Positions 36,865 to 38,266 of a stretch of 38,266 nucleotides of DNA are shown here, in pieces (position 1 is the stretch's first letter; each line of letters opens with the position of its first letter). The notes under the pieces are model-generated. The model saw only the letters and a program-made list of their open reading frames with translations, did no database searches and was not told where the DNA came from. The position numbers and the translations under genes were made by a program. The stretch lies in the sequence record SRR2962707_674. One strand, given 5' to 3'.

Positions 36865-38266
36865 CTAGCGAATAATGAGTCTTCCCGTAATAGATTCACC
36901 ATCTGCGCTAAGTCTGTAGAAGTAAATTCCCGGTTCCACAAATGGGAGCTCAATGTAATCTTGTGAACCCTCAATACGATACGTCAATATAACAGCGCCT
37001 TCTACATCAAGGAGCTCAAATTGTGGGTTGCTGTCTTCAAATTGTTTGGTAATAATATCGATGTATCCTCCGGACTCAACGGGATTAGGAAAGACGCGAA
37101 TGGGTACTTCAGTTAAGTAATAGCTGGAGCCAGCTGTCATTGTCAGCTGCTCTCCATTCTCAAAGTTGATTACCACCAGATGTTCATTGTATCCCTGAGT
37201 TGGGTTTTCATCCAGGAATATGTAGCTATCCTGAGTGGGATTTTGAATGGTATGGATGTCCGCCTGATTTGAAATGATGTTTCGTCTAAAAATAATTTCC
37301 TCAATCCCATGACTTGTCCCTAGTTGAAGATTCAGATAGATACCAGTATCCAAAGCAACTGTCTGGAAAAAAGAGAATATGTAACAATCAACTCCTTGCA
37401 GGGTATAATCAAAAGTTGGGGCCGGAAGTAATGACTTACCGCTTAGCAGCATTGGCTGAATTGTAAATCGCCGATCTTGAAAGGAACCTTTATTATTGAT
37501 CACCAAAAAGGTATCAGAAGTAGTTGTGACTTCCTCAAGTCTTGTTTCGCCCAGAGAATAGATCGTATAATCAACCGCTTTCTCAACTTTGTTCCACCTT
37601 AGCATTACTGAGTCTCCACAGTTGAAACCTACTGAAGCCTCAACTGGAACTGACAGGGTAAACACACCTGTTTGAAACTGGTCTGCTCCTACGGTCATTC
37701 TGGCTATGGCAGAATCGCCAACATTTGGTGGATTATTCCATCGCCAAAATCCCTTATCCAGTGACACGGAATTATCAAGAATAGACCAGGAAGTTCCATC
37801 ATCAATAGAATACTCCAATACACCATTTGCTGACTTTGTGGTAGTCCATCTAAAATAGGATCCTGATTCACCATTGTAGGGCATGTTGTTACTACCAGTC
37901 GGGTAGTCCCATGAAAAGGTATTTGCCAAATCATATTGGTAAGCAACGAAAAAGGACTGAGATCCACTCACATTGAAACCTTCAATTTCAATCTGATAGG
38001 ATATTTCCGGCGATTCAATAGTGACTTGCTCGACATTGTTCAGCCGATCTATCCCCCTTTCGGCAGGAGAAGACAGTGCAGCTATATTGGGTGATGAATC
38101 CAATACCCAGGGCAAAGTCATTGCGGACATCTCATCAACAAGTCTAAGATCAAGATCATTAACAAGGGCACTGGCATCCCCAACGTTGGCTGGTACATCT
38201 AACCAAACAAGGGTTACCTTGAGATTTGCAGCATCGGCAGGTAGATTGAGATTGAAAGTAGCCACC
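36865..38266 (-). CDS. C-terminal part of a T9SS-secreted S8-type peptidase (5' end outside the window)
   Basis: LKVTLVWLD...ALVNDLDLRL...DRLNNVEQV matches the post-catalytic domain of the 28706 S8 protein; VFPNPV...GIYFYRL CTD. The catalytic triad is not visible. Confidence 0.8.
   Translation of the reverse strand, partial: VATFNLNLPADAANLKVTLVWLDVPANVGDASALVNDLDLRLVDEMSAMTLPWVLDSSPNIAALSSPAERGIDRLNNVEQVTIESPEISYQIEIEGFNVSGSQSFFVAYQYDLANTFSWDYPTGSNNMPYNGESGSYFRWTTTKSANGVLEYSIDDGTSWSILDNSVSLDKGFWRWNNPPNVGDSAIARMTVGADQFQTGVFTLSVPVEASVGFNCGDSVMLRWNKVEKAVDYTIYSLGETRLEEVTTTSDTFLVINNKGSFQDRRFTIQPMLLSGKSLLPAPTFDYTLQGVDCYIFSFFQTVALDTGIYLNLQLGTSHGIEEIIFRRNIISNQADIHTIQNPTQDSYIFLDENPTQGYNEHLVVINFENGEQLTMTAGSSYYLTEVPIRVFPNPVESGGYIDIITKQFEDSNPQFELLDVEGAVILTYRIEGSQDYIELPFVEPGIYFYRLSADGESITGRLIIR

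Noticed and set aside
171..38266. Remaining short ORFs (about 60-160 aa) nested in or antisense to the long genes
   Set aside because: They lie within well-supported CDSs and show no family motifs.

Overview
Chromosomal window from a Bacteroidota genome, probably a Cytophagales-like organism. The assignment rests on SusC/SusD, T9SS C-terminal domains and TAnnTTTG promoter elements. 60-14939 is a starch/alpha-glucan polysaccharide utilization locus: a LacI regulator, SusC, SusD, a SusE/F-like lipoprotein and three GH13 enzymes, with a TerB-like gene interposed. A fourth GH13 alpha-amylase at 21.7-23.1 kb is archaeal-type (GH13_7-like) and carries a copy of the same LacI-type operator, which suggests a dispersed regulon. 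The rest is accessory content: a beta-propeller amidohydrolase, an EamA/LysR pair, a GlxA-type AraC regulator with three VOC genes, a CPBP protease, an ICMT-like protein, an amidohydrolase, two T9SS-secreted S8-type proteases, a Zn-ribbon gene divergent from a frameshifted short ssb, and an ECF sigma/anti-sigma/duplicated-domain triad. I saw no rRNA, tRNA, CRISPR array, transposase or integrase. The best candidates for undescribed biology are the Zn-ribbon/ssb module with phased 10-bp repeats, the ECF triad whose third protein is an internal duplication, and the LacI-controlled amylase with archaeal Zn-site ligands. All calls come from reading motifs by eye; no database searches were run.
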